64,000 nt of DNA from a virus (lineage: Duplodnaviria > Caudoviricetes). The stretch spans positions 32,175 to 96,174 of IMG/VR virus record IMGVR_UViG_3300033068_000963; one strand, given 5' to 3'. The notes under the pieces are model-generated. The model was not told where the DNA came from and made no database searches. It saw only the letters and a program-made list of their open reading frames with translations. A program made the translations under genes and the position numbers. Within the stretch, counting starts at the first letter, position 1. The number at the start of each line of letters is the position of its first letter. Of the stretch, positions 36,033 to 45,336 are shown in pieces.

Positions 36033-36713
36033 ATGGCCGTATCGGGATCGACGGACTTCAACCTCGACGCTCGTCAGATCGTCACCCAGGCGCTGCGTAT
36101 CATCCGCGTGACGCCTGGGGGATCTGAGCCGAGCGCCAACGACGCCGCTGATGCGGAGGTCGCGCTTAACCTGCTGCTCAAGACATGGGGCACGCATTCC
36201 CACCTGTGGATCGTCACGGCGGGGACGCTGGCCCTGGTGGCGAACCAGATCGAGTATTCTGTTCCCAACGCGCGCCGGATGATCTCGGTTCGTCGTCGCT
36301 ACACCACGTCGGCCATCGACACGCCGATGTCGGAAATGAGCCGGCAGGAATACGACGACCAGCCGAACAAGGAAACCGCGTCGGTTCCGATCATGTGGTA
36401 CTTCAACCCGCAGAGATCGTCCCGCACGCTCTACCTCTGGCCCCCGGCTTCGGCCCAGACGGTGACGCAGTACAGCCTGCGCTACACCTACTATCGCGTG
36501 ATCGACGACATCGACTCGCTGAACAACGACGCCGACCTGCCGCAAGAGTGGCTGGAATGCCTGGTGTGGAACCTGGCCGACCGGCTGATGGAGCCGTACA
36601 ACGTCAACTACCCCGGCGTGACGGCGCGAGCTGCGGCCCTGCTGAGCCAGCTTTCGGGCCAGGATCAGGAAAGCGCCTCGGTCTACCTCCAACCCCAGGT
36701 CGGATTTCAGTGA
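36033..36713 (+). CDS. Head-tail adaptor protein
   Basis: SGSTDFNL...IV..AL, LNLLLKTW...HLW and DLPQEW.ECL.WNLA.RL motifs. Confidence 0.75.
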   Translation: MAVSGSTDFNLDARQIVTQALRIIRVTPGGSEPSANDAADAEVALNLLLKTWGTHSHLWIVTAGTLALVANQIEYSVPNARRMISVRRRYTTSAIDTPMSEMSRQEYDDQPNKETASVPIMWYFNPQRSSRTLYLWPPASAQTVTQYSLRYTYYRVIDDIDSLNNDADLPQEWLECLVWNLADRLMEPYNVNYPGVTARAAALLSQLSGQDQESASVYLQPQVGFQ

Positions 36714-38125
36714 AGGTTCCGCTCTCTTACGGGGCCTATGACCGGAGCGTTGGAGCCTTCCCGCATCTGGCTCAGATGAACATGGTGGCCGAGCGGACGC
36801 CGACGCAGCTTGAGACGCCGCTCGCCCTGATCACCCGACCGGGCCTGACCTTCTTCGCCAATGTCGGATCTGGAAGCCTGCGCGGTATCAACCGCAAGAA
36901 TGGCCTGTTCGATGAGGCTGCGGTCATCGTCAGTGCGAACGAAGTCTACACGCTGTCCACGAGTGCCGTCCCTGTCGTCCAAACCGGCGACCTTGAGACC
37001 AGCATGGGCCGCGTGCAGATCGCCTTGGGCAGAGACCCCAGTGGGGTGAGCCAAGCGCGCATCGTGGACGGAACGCGGATCTACCTGACACAGAACGGGA
37101 CCACGACCGCCGAGAACTTCCCCTCCGCGCTGGAGACGGACGGCGCCACATCGGTGGCCTATATCCGCCAATTCTGGCTCGCGGTGAAGGCCAGCACGGC
37201 TCAGGTCTATTACCTCGTGCCCGGTGACACCGAATGGAACGCGCTGGACTTCGCCTCGGCGGAATACCAGCCCGACCCTATCGTCTGCATCGGCATCCTC
37301 GGAGAGCAAATCTTCCTGCTGGGTTCGTCCTCAGCTGAGGTCTGGGCTCTGACGGGCTCCACAAGCCCCGCAATCGCCCCCTACGGCGGCCTTGCGTGGA
37401 ATGTGGGGTGCAAGGCCCGAGACACCGTCGTCAACGTCCGCAACACGCTGGTGTGGGTCTCTGATCGCGGTGAGGTGGTTCAGTCTACCGGCGGCGAGCC
37501 GATGATCATCTCCGATCACGGGCTGGACGAGCAAATTCGCCAGTCGGACCCGACGACGCTGATGGCCTGGACGTTCACGGTGGACGGCCACACCTACTAT
37601 GTCCTGTCGCTTGAGGATCAAACCTGGGTCTACGACATGGTGACCAAACTGTGGTCGCGAGCGTCGTCTCGGGATTACAACTACTGGCGCGCCGGCCTCG
37701 GTTGCGACGTGTCGGGCAATGCCTACGCCGCCGACATGCGCCCCGGCTCCAACATCATCTGGAGCGTCGCCCCCGACACGATGTCGGATGACGGCGACGA
37801 GATCATCCGGACCTGCACGGCCTTCTTCGAAATGCGCGACGGCAAGCTCGCCTGCGGCAATATCTCCATCGTCTGTTCGGCGGGCCAGGGATTGCAGAAC
37901 GGGCAGGGGGCGAACCCGCTCATCGGGATGTCCTATAGCGACGACTACGGGCAGACGTGGTCCGATTACGAGTACATCTCCTCGGGTCTGGTGGGCCAAT
38001 ACAACTACCGTGTGAGGTGGAACCGCAAGGGCTCCCTGCACTCGCCGGGCCGGTACTTCCAATTCCGCTGCTCTGACCCTGTGACATATCGGATGAGTGA
38101 TGTCCGAATGAACGAGATCCTTTGA
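36710..38125 (+). CDS. Packaged-DNA stabilisation protein, P22 gp10-like
   Basis: GTG 36710; LDFASAE.QPD.I, GHTYYVL, TWVYD..TK.W and SDDYG.TWS....S.G..G.Y..RV.W.R.G motifs. Confidence 0.85.
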   Translation: MKVPLSYGAYDRSVGAFPHLAQMNMVAERTPTQLETPLALITRPGLTFFANVGSGSLRGINRKNGLFDEAAVIVSANEVYTLSTSAVPVVQTGDLETSMGRVQIALGRDPSGVSQARIVDGTRIYLTQNGTTTAENFPSALETDGATSVAYIRQFWLAVKASTAQVYYLVPGDTEWNALDFASAEYQPDPIVCIGILGEQIFLLGSSSAEVWALTGSTSPAIAPYGGLAWNVGCKARDTVVNVRNTLVWVSDRGEVVQSTGGEPMIISDHGLDEQIRQSDPTTLMAWTFTVDGHTYYVLSLEDQTWVYDMVTKLWSRASSRDYNYWRAGLGCDVSGNAYAADMRPGSNIIWSVAPDTMSDDGDEIIRTCTAFFEMRDGKLACGNISIVCSAGQGLQNGQGANPLIGMSYSDDYGQTWSDYEYISSGLVGQYNYRVRWNRKGSLHSPGRYFQFRCSDPVTYRMSDVRMNEIL

Positions 38126-38129
38126 TTCC

Positions 38130-38402
38130 GTGGCGTTTTTTGCTACTGTGTCGCTAGTCCAAAACGGCCGCTCGACCACGCCCTTCAAGGCGATCTGGCG
38201 GCAGAAGATAGCCCTGCTAACGCTCCCCAACCTTCCGATCCCGGACGCGCTTCCGGTCGTGGATGATGGCGGCTATCCGACGAAGGACTTTGCTCAACTG
38301 TGGAAATCGGTCATGCCGGTAACGTTGTCGAGTTCCGTCCCCATGGTGGACGCGAACGGCCTTCCGACCCCGGCGTTCACGCGGGTCTGGACATCGTTCT
38401 AG
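38130..38402 (+). CDS. Small tail protein with internal repeat
   Basis: Three P.VD..G.PT..F..W-like units. Confidence 0.55.
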   Translation: MAFFATVSLVQNGRSTTPFKAIWRQKIALLTLPNLPIPDALPVVDDGGYPTKDFAQLWKSVMPVTLSSSVPMVDANGLPTPAFTRVWTSF

Positions 38403-38851
38403 ACCGGGATACGGCCTTCTGGGATGGCGTCGCAAGCCACCCTGAGGTCGCCCCGCACGTCTTCCTGGGTCAGCAGGGCCTGAGCTTCATTGAGTGCGTC
38501 TCCCACCCCTCTGTGACGCCCCTGAGGGCCGAACACGGCGGGTTCATCTTCGCCAAGCTGGACGGACTGGGGCGGGTCTATGAGCTTCACACGCTGTTCA
38601 CGCCTGAAGGCTGGGGCCGTGAGGTTTTCATCGCCGCCCGTCAAGCCTTCAACCGGATCTTCGACCAGGGCGCCCAAGTCATCGTGACCTACGAGGTTGA
38701 GGGGTGGTGGCGCTCTAGGCCTCCCAAGACCTTCCGCTTCGCCCCTGCTGGCGACTTCGAACCGGCCCCTCCTGAGTACGGGGTCAATCTCCGCACTTGG
38801 ATACTGACGCGCGACGCTTGGGAGAAATCCCCGGCTCGCGGGAGGATGTAG
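38300..38851 (+). CDS. GNAT-like virion assembly protein (start uncertain, probably near 38390)
   Basis: HPEV.PH and YELHTLFTPEGWGR motifs; P22 gp14 position. Confidence 0.6.
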   Translation: MEIGHAGNVVEFRPHGGRERPSDPGVHAGLDIVLDRDTAFWDGVASHPEVAPHVFLGQQGLSFIECVSHPSVTPLRAEHGGFIFAKLDGLGRVYELHTLFTPEGWGREVFIAARQAFNRIFDQGAQVIVTYEVEGWWRSRPPKTFRFAPAGDFEPAPPEYGVNLRTWILTRDAWEKSPARGRM

Positions 38852-40006
38852 ATGCCCGCACTTCCGTTCATTGCTGCGGCGGCCACTGTCGGCGGCTCGA
38901 TCTATTCGGCGAACAAGGCGTCTCAGGCCAATGACAAGGCCATTGCTGCGCAGACGGCGGCGAACGACGAAGCGACCGCGCTTCGACGCCAGGCCTTCCA
39001 GACGATCACCGCCAACAACGCCCCGTTCATGCAGGCCGGGACGGGCGCTCTCGCCCAGCTCTCGCAGCAGTTCGGATTAGGAACCTACACGCCGAGCTAT
39101 GGCGGCACAGGTGCGCCGGCCAATCAGAACGCGCCGAAGTACGATGTTGGGGCCTATATCTCCCAGAACCCCGACGTTCAGGCCCGCGCGCAGGAACTGA
39201 CCAATTCCGGTGAGATCGGCCCGAACGGTCAGTGGAAGTCGGTTGAGGATTGGGTTGGTCAGGTCCAGCTTCCCAACGCGCAGGCGGCGGGCGAGCAACG
39301 CGCCTATCCGACCCTTCCGCAAACCCCGAGCGATCCCTCCACCCAACCCGGCACGGGTCAGAACTACGGCCCGCAGGTTGCCGAGCGCGCGACTTACACG
39401 CGCCCCGGAATGCCGGACCTGTCGGCGGAATCCTATCGTAAATCTCCCGGCTACGAGAACCGCCTGAAAGAGGCTGGCCGGGCGACGAACGCGCAGTTCG
39501 GGGCCAAGGGCCTGCTGCAATCTGGCGCCGCCGCGACCGAGTTCGGGCGTCGGATGCAGGGGATCGCGGACGAAGACTTCACCCGCTGGCAGGACCGCGA
39601 GATCGGCCTGTACAACATCGGGAACCAGAACTTTAACTCCGACCGCCAGTACGGAACCGGTGTCTACGACGCCGACCGGAATTACCTGACGAACCGGTTT
39701 GACCAGAACGTGGGCGATCTGTTCCGCCTCACCGGCATTGGTCAGAACGCGGCCTCTAACCAAGGCTCGGCGGCGTCCAACTACGCCAGCAACGCCGGGA
39801 ACCTGGCGCAGAACAACGCCAACAACCTCTCCAGCGCCTACGGCAACCAAGCGCAGATTGCGGGCGGCCTGGCCGGGAACATCACGGGCGTCGCGCAAAA
39901 CCTGCTGGGCAATTACGGCGGCGGGGGCGGCTACACGAACCCCGGCTCCTACGGCGTCTCGACCCTCGGCAACACCCCTGACTCCGCTTTCAACGGACTC
40001 TACTGA
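38852..40006 (+). CDS. DNA transfer/ejection protein (P22 gp7-like)
   Basis: APFMQAG..AL.QL, SPGY..RL..A and GLLQSGA motifs; Asn/Gln/Gly-rich. Confidence 0.75.
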   Translation: MPALPFIAAAATVGGSIYSANKASQANDKAIAAQTAANDEATALRRQAFQTITANNAPFMQAGTGALAQLSQQFGLGTYTPSYGGTGAPANQNAPKYDVGAYISQNPDVQARAQELTNSGEIGPNGQWKSVEDWVGQVQLPNAQAAGEQRAYPTLPQTPSDPSTQPGTGQNYGPQVAERATYTRPGMPDLSAESYRKSPGYENRLKEAGRATNAQFGAKGLLQSGAAATEFGRRMQGIADEDFTRWQDREIGLYNIGNQNFNSDRQYGTGVYDADRNYLTNRFDQNVGDLFRLTGIGQNAASNQGSAASNYASNAGNLAQNNANNLSSAYGNQAQIAGGLAGNITGVAQNLLGNYGGGGGYTNPGSYGVSTLGNTPDSAFNGLY

Positions 40007-41718
40007 TGAACGGTCTCGACGCCTTCAACACGAACCGCCGCGCGTCCTACGACGATCAGCAGGGTATGCAGGATCTTGTGACCCGCAAGCAGGCTGGCCG
40101 CGCGCTTTCGGCTGGTGACTACGGCGGGTCGTCATCGACGCTCTACGGCGCCGGAATGCTGGACGCCGGCAGGACTGTGCAAGGCATGGGCCGGGCCGAG
40201 GAAGACCGCGCCGATGAGCGCGCCGGGATGGAGCAGAAGGCCGCGAAGGATCAGCGGCTGGAGGAACTCGGGTTCCTGAAGGACTCGGCCACGATCCTCG
40301 CGCGCATCCCCCAGGACCAACGTCAGAAGGCGTTCAACGAGGCCATTGCCCCGGCCCTCAAGATGCAGGGGATGCCGGAAGACCTGATCGCGCAGATTCA
40401 GCAAAGCCCGCTGGACGACACGACCCTGCAAGCGTTTGGTTCGCAGGTTGATGAGGCCATCAAGGGCGTCGTCATGGCGCCCGGCTCTCAGCTCCGCGAC
40501 CCGCGAACCGGCGACCTGCTGGCCGAAGCCCCCTTCGCTCCGAAGCTGGAAAAGCTGGGGGAGGGCGACACGCTGGTGGAAGTCCCCGGCTCCAACCCTT
40601 CGGGCGCTCCGAAGGGTGGTCCGCGCAACATGCGCAACAACAACCCCGGCAACATCGAAGACGGCCCGTTCGCGCAGTCCCTGCCGGGCTATGCGGGCTC
40701 CGATGGCCGCTTTGCGATCTTCACCGACCCCAAGGCCGGATCGTCCGCGCAAGTGGCTCTGCTGGGCTCCTACGGGCGGCGCGGGATCAAGACCGTACAG
40801 GACGCCATCAGCCGTTGGGCGCCGGCCTCCGACAACAACGACCCGGTCGCCTACGCCAAGTTCGTGGCGCAGCGCCTGGGCGTCTCCCCAAACCAGGAGA
40901 TCGACCTGACGGACCCGGTTATCGCGTCGGACATGGCTTCGGCCATTCAGCAGTTTGAAGGCGGTCCCGCGTCGAAGTCGAACGGCTCCCAACCCGGCGC
41001 TCGGGTGCTGGCCCAAGGCCCGGCCAAGACCCCCGAGTGGGCGCCTGACGGGCAAGGGAACCTGATCAATCAGAAGACGGGAGACCGCAAGGTTGACCCG
41101 ACGATGAAGAAGACCGGCGCGTCTCTGGCTCCCCAGGACCGGAAGTACATTTCCGACACGCGCACGGCTGCGGCCCAACTCGCCAACACCGTCCCTCTCG
41201 TAAAGCGCTTCCTGAAGCTCAACGAGGAAGTCGGGACGGGCGGGGCGCTGGGGAACAATGCGCTCGCCAGCACCACGGCGATGTTCAACCCCAAGGTTGC
41301 GGAGATGAAGTCGATTACGGATCGGCTCACGCCTGCCATGCGCCAAGGGATGCCGGGCGCTGCGTCTGACCGTGATGTCGCCATGTTCCAATCGGCCACC
41401 GTTGGCCTGGGCAAGCCTGGCCCGGCGAACCAAGCAGTTGGTCAAGCCATCATCGCGGCGTCAAAGCGTCAAAGCGACTACGTGGCCTATCTGGAAGACT
41501 ACGCCAAGAAGAACGGTTCGCTGCTGGGCGCTCAAGAGGAGTGGGACGCCTACGCTGCGGCCAACCCGATGTTTGACGAGGGTTCTGGCGGGAAGCTGAT
41601 CGTCCGCAAGACGACGCCGTGGCGGCAGTACATGGGGGCGGACTCCCCTGCTGCCGCGCCGCGTGCTGCGCCCGCATCTGGCGAGCGTCCTCCGCTCTCT
41701 GCGATCTTCGGTCAGTAA
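40006..41718 (+). CDS. DNA ejection protein with internal lysozyme-like domain
   Basis: RNNNPGNI..GRFAIF..RWAP.SDNNDP.AY at ~40621-40986; GAASDRDV motif. Confidence 0.7.
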   Translation: MNGLDAFNTNRRASYDDQQGMQDLVTRKQAGRALSAGDYGGSSSTLYGAGMLDAGRTVQGMGRAEEDRADERAGMEQKAAKDQRLEELGFLKDSATILARIPQDQRQKAFNEAIAPALKMQGMPEDLIAQIQQSPLDDTTLQAFGSQVDEAIKGVVMAPGSQLRDPRTGDLLAEAPFAPKLEKLGEGDTLVEVPGSNPSGAPKGGPRNMRNNNPGNIEDGPFAQSLPGYAGSDGRFAIFTDPKAGSSAQVALLGSYGRRGIKTVQDAISRWAPASDNNDPVAYAKFVAQRLGVSPNQEIDLTDPVIASDMASAIQQFEGGPASKSNGSQPGARVLAQGPAKTPEWAPDGQGNLINQKTGDRKVDPTMKKTGASLAPQDRKYISDTRTAAAQLANTVPLVKRFLKLNEEVGTGGALGNNALASTTAMFNPKVAEMKSITDRLTPAMRQGMPGAASDRDVAMFQSATVGLGKPGPANQAVGQAIIAASKRQSDYVAYLEDYAKKNGSLLGAQEEWDAYAAANPMFDEGSGGKLIVRKTTPWRQYMGADSPAAAPRAAPASGERPPLSAIFGQ

Positions 41719-43632
41719 ATGGACCGCTCCGCACAGATCGCCAAGGCCCGCCAAGCCGGGTACTCGGACGCCGAGATCATCAGCTATCTCGGTACGTCCG
41801 ATCCTGCCGTGGGAAAGGCGAAATCCGCAGGCTACGGCGATGCGGAGATTATCGGATACCTGACCAAGGCCCCGGCTGCGAAGCCTGCGCCGAAGGCCGT
41901 TGTGCCAAAACCTGCCGCCAAGCCCGCGCCGATGGGCCTGATGGATCAGGTGACGGGCTTCATGGCAAACGTGAACCGAGGCTCTGGGCTCGGAGACGAG
42001 CTTGCGGCGGTCGGCAACACCGCGCTCAGCACGGTCAAGGGCGCGATGGGCCTTGGCCCACAAGTCATCAAGATCGACCCCAAGGGCGGCGATGCCTCCA
42101 TGCAAGGCCTCTCCCAACTTCGGGGGGAGTTTGGCCGCCAGATGGGCCGCCAACGCGCCGTCGAAGATCAGTACGCCGCAGAGAAGCCGAAGACGGCGGC
42201 CTTTGGCCGTGGGCTTGGGACTGCGGCGACGGCGGCTGTGCCGACCGCGCAGGCTATCCAGGGCTCCAACCTCGGCATGAACATGTTGCGCGGGGCGACG
42301 ACTGCCGCAACCCAAGCCGCAGGTTACGGGCTTGCGGATCGTGGGAGCGTACTTGAGCGCGCCAAGGCGGCCAATGCGTCGGCCTTCAACCCCCTCACAC
42401 TGGGACTCGGGGCTGCTGGCGGGGCTCTAGCGACGCCGCGCGCTCAACGCGCGCCGAAGGAACTCACGCCACAGCAGCGTAACGTCCAGATATTGGAAGA
42501 CGCTCAAGTGTTCATGACGCCGGGCCGAAAGGGAGGCGCATTCGCCAAAAATGCCGAAGACTTGGCGAAACGCGCGCCTATCCTTGGGGCTGCGATCAAG
42601 GGTGCTGATGCACGTAGCGTCGACAGCCTGAACCGGGCCGTGGCGGATCGTGCCCTAGAACCTGTGGGGGCTTACCTCCCCAAGGGCGTGGCGACGGGAC
42701 ACGACAGCGTTTCTCACGTCGCCAAGGCGCTGGGGAAGGTCTACGACGACGCGGCGGATATGGTCCCTGCGACGGCCCTTGATGAACCGTTTGACAGCGC
42801 GGCCCAGCAGATCGGCGTTCGGCTGAAGGAGCAGCCCCAAGGGGTGCGCTCGCAGTTTGATTCTATCGTGGAAAACCGGCTTGAACACCTTCGCGGGAAG
42901 ACCGTGACGGGCGCTCAAATCCGCGAGGTGCAATCCCAGATCGGCAAGCTGGCGGCCGATTTCTCCGCGAGCGATGATGGCGCTCAGCGGGCGCTTGGCG
43001 GGGCCTTGGATGACCTATCCGACGAACTCGCCAACGTCATCGGACGCAACAATCCTGAAGCCGCCGCCCTGATCGACAAAGCCAATACCGGCTGGTCCGT
43101 ATACACCCGCATCCGCAATGCTGCCTCCAAGGCCAAGGGCGGCATCTTCACGCCCGGCCAACTGGCGACCTCAGTTCGCACACTGGATCGTTCGGTGGGG
43201 AAGGGCAACGTCGCCAAGGGTCAAGCAGTCTTGCAAGACCTATCGAATGCGGCCTGGGAAACGCTTCCAGACACCTACGGCAATCCCGGAACAGCCGACG
43301 CTCTAAGCGCCATGAGCCTTGGGGGGGCAATGGTAGCGCCGCAGACCGCGCCCGTAGCCATTCCCACGGCGATGGGTCTGGCCGCCGCCTCGACGCCCTA
43401 TTTCATGATGGGTCGCAAGGTGGTGGAGCGCATTCCAGGCAACGCCACTAAGGCGCAGCTTCAAGCCGCTGACCGGGAACTCGCCGTCCTGATGGCGAAG
43501 GACCCGTCTATAGCCGCTCTGCGTCGTCAGGTGGCGGCAAGGCTTTCAAGGGCGGGGGGAGCCGCAGGCGCTTCTCTGGTGCGCGAGCAAGGAGACGCTT
43601 CGCGAAACTCTCTAAGTGGAGCCATGCGATGA
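41719..43632 (+). CDS. Large DNA ejection protein
   Basis: Duplicated AGYSDAEII.YL N-terminal repeat; Ala-rich and helical. Confidence 0.65.
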   Translation: MDRSAQIAKARQAGYSDAEIISYLGTSDPAVGKAKSAGYGDAEIIGYLTKAPAAKPAPKAVVPKPAAKPAPMGLMDQVTGFMANVNRGSGLGDELAAVGNTALSTVKGAMGLGPQVIKIDPKGGDASMQGLSQLRGEFGRQMGRQRAVEDQYAAEKPKTAAFGRGLGTAATAAVPTAQAIQGSNLGMNMLRGATTAATQAAGYGLADRGSVLERAKAANASAFNPLTLGLGAAGGALATPRAQRAPKELTPQQRNVQILEDAQVFMTPGRKGGAFAKNAEDLAKRAPILGAAIKGADARSVDSLNRAVADRALEPVGAYLPKGVATGHDSVSHVAKALGKVYDDAADMVPATALDEPFDSAAQQIGVRLKEQPQGVRSQFDSIVENRLEHLRGKTVTGAQIREVQSQIGKLAADFSASDDGAQRALGGALDDLSDELANVIGRNNPEAAALIDKANTGWSVYTRIRNAASKAKGGIFTPGQLATSVRTLDRSVGKGNVAKGQAVLQDLSNAAWETLPDTYGNPGTADALSAMSLGGAMVAPQTAPVAIPTAMGLAAASTPYFMMGRKVVERIPGNATKAQLQAADRELAVLMAKDPSIAALRRQVAARLSRAGGAAGASLVREQGDASRNSLSGAMR

Positions 43633-43723
43633 CCCCGGCATACATGAACACGAAGATTCCGGGCACGAAGCGGCTTTCCGCCATGATGCGTTCACCGACT
43701 TCCCAGCGGATTTCCGTCTTCAT
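43508..43723 (-). CDS. Small membrane protein (antisense moron; candidate superinfection exclusion)
   Basis: TM segment FVPGIFVFMYAGVIAWL; overlaps the end of the last ejection gene. Confidence 0.55.
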   Translation of the reverse strand: MKTEIRWEVGERIMAESRFVPGIFVFMYAGVIAWLHLESFAKRLLARAPEKRLRLPPPLKALPPPDDAERL

Positions 43724-43752
43724 CACCACCACGCATAGCACGGGAGGCTGAC

Positions 43753-44802
43753 TTGGGCCAACTCTACAACCTGAGTTACAACCCGGCCTTGGATGGCAAC
43801 GCCGAGCCCTATTCCGGGGCCTGGCTGCACACCTACATCCCAGGCACGACGACGCCGAAGGCCACCTATACGACCGACGCGCAAAGCGTGACGAACGCCA
43901 ACCCGCTGGAGGCCGATTCCGCTGGCCGCTTCGGCGCCATGTTCGCCACGGAAGGGGAGGTGTTTGACCTCTACCTCACCGATGCGGACGGGGGCAATGG
44001 GCGCACGTTCAGCGACGTGATCGCGCTGGGCGGCACGTCTAATGCGTTCGAGAAGGACTTCGGCGCCAACGGTCGAATCCAGATTTACGGCGAGGCCGGC
44101 GTTGTCCAGATCGAAACCGGCGACCCGAGCCCCGATGATGTCGGTGGGCGCGGGCGCATTGGTGGCTGGGATGGCACCCAAGGCACCGACCTTGAACTCG
44201 ACTATACCACCACGACTCTTACGGGCGACGCCGATGTTTCGGGGAGCGCGACCGTTGGCGACGACCTGATCATCACCAATCCCACTAGTGCTGGGTCGGT
44301 CTACGCCAAGCTCGCATCGGGGACCGCCACGGCCCAGACGGCGGTTGATATCCCGCTCGACGCCGACTTCAACGCCTACGTCCTGGAAATACAGTACCTT
44401 ACGGCTCCCGCGTCCCCAAATATCGGGCTTCAGTTGGCCTTCGATAGCACGCCGACGTTCAAGTCCGCCTCTGGCGACTATGCGGGGGTGAATCAGTATC
44501 TCGGCGGAACTGCGCCGGGAACGACAAGCAACAGCACCAGAATTGACCTATTTCCGTCCGGCATTGTCTCTGGCGCGGTTCTATACTCACGTTTCCACCT
44601 GATGATTGATAGCCGCGCTGCGGCGGAAACGATTGTCTCGGGAATGGTGAGCGTCATCAACATGAGCGGTGGCCCGGTTACTTTCTGGCCGCAAGGTGCG
44701 ACCAACGCCAAAGACTACGGCAAGGCCACCTACGTCCGCATTCTCACCGCCGCCAGCACGATCTCGTTCCGCTGGTCGCTTCTCGGCATTCCCGGCCTCT
44801 AA
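43753..44802 (+). CDS. Tail fibre/spike adaptor protein
   Basis: D.N..PYSGA.L.TY..GTTTPKATYT....NANP..ADSAGR particle-binding N-terminus; GGAGG RBS with TTG start. Confidence 0.7.
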   Translation: MGQLYNLSYNPALDGNAEPYSGAWLHTYIPGTTTPKATYTTDAQSVTNANPLEADSAGRFGAMFATEGEVFDLYLTDADGGNGRTFSDVIALGGTSNAFEKDFGANGRIQIYGEAGVVQIETGDPSPDDVGGRGRIGGWDGTQGTDLELDYTTTTLTGDADVSGSATVGDDLIITNPTSAGSVYAKLASGTATAQTAVDIPLDADFNAYVLEIQYLTAPASPNIGLQLAFDSTPTFKSASGDYAGVNQYLGGTAPGTTSNSTRIDLFPSGIVSGAVLYSRFHLMIDSRAAAETIVSGMVSVINMSGGPVTFWPQGATNAKDYGKATYVRILTAASTISFRWSLLGIPGL

Positions 44803-44833
44803 CCCCCACACAATCTGACCAAAGGAGCCCGCA

Positions 44834-45145
44834 ATGGCTGCACCTGTCACCGGCACGTTCACAGCGACGGGCCAAAGCGCGACCTTCCAACCGATCATCC
44901 GTGAGCGGTCCTGGGGACAGATGAACGTCTCTGCTTCGGGAACGTTCGTGGCGACCGTTCAGCTTGAGCGCTCCTTCGACAGCGGTTCGACGTGGTTCGT
45001 CTGCTCGGCTGATGGCTACGGGACGGCTGCGGCCTACACCGCGCCGTTCTCAGTTGTGGCCGAAGAGAACGTCAACGGCACCATCTACCGGCTGAATTGC
45101 ACCGCCTACACCTCGGGGACGGTGGCGTACCGTATCAGCCAATGA
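44834..45145 (+). CDS. Small tail-associated beta protein
   Basis: SGTFVATVQLERSFD.G.TW and YRLNC..YTSGT motifs; AAGGAG RBS. Confidence 0.65.
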   Translation: MAAPVTGTFTATGQSATFQPIIRERSWGQMNVSASGTFVATVQLERSFDSGSTWFVCSADGYGTAAAYTAPFSVVAEENVNGTIYRLNCTAYTSGTVAYRISQ

Positions 45146-45336
45146 GCGTAGTTCGTGGCGTCGTCAACGGCGTCGTCCGAGGCGGGGTCCGGGGCCTCAC
45201 CTCTAACAAGGGTGTGGGGGCTCCCCCCGGATACCTGTTCCTCCGTGGCCTCTCCTCGGCAGGCGTGTCCATCGGCCTGCGTGGTCTTAGCTCGTCTGGC
45301 CAGTCCATCCCTCTTTACGCAAAAAAGGTGTCCTGA
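45142..45336 (+). CDS. Small basic protein
   Basis: ATGA-coupled; VVRG repeats. Confidence 0.45.
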   Translation: MSVVRGVVNGVVRGGVRGLTSNKGVGAPPGYLFLRGLSSAGVSIGLRGLSSSGQSIPLYAKKVS

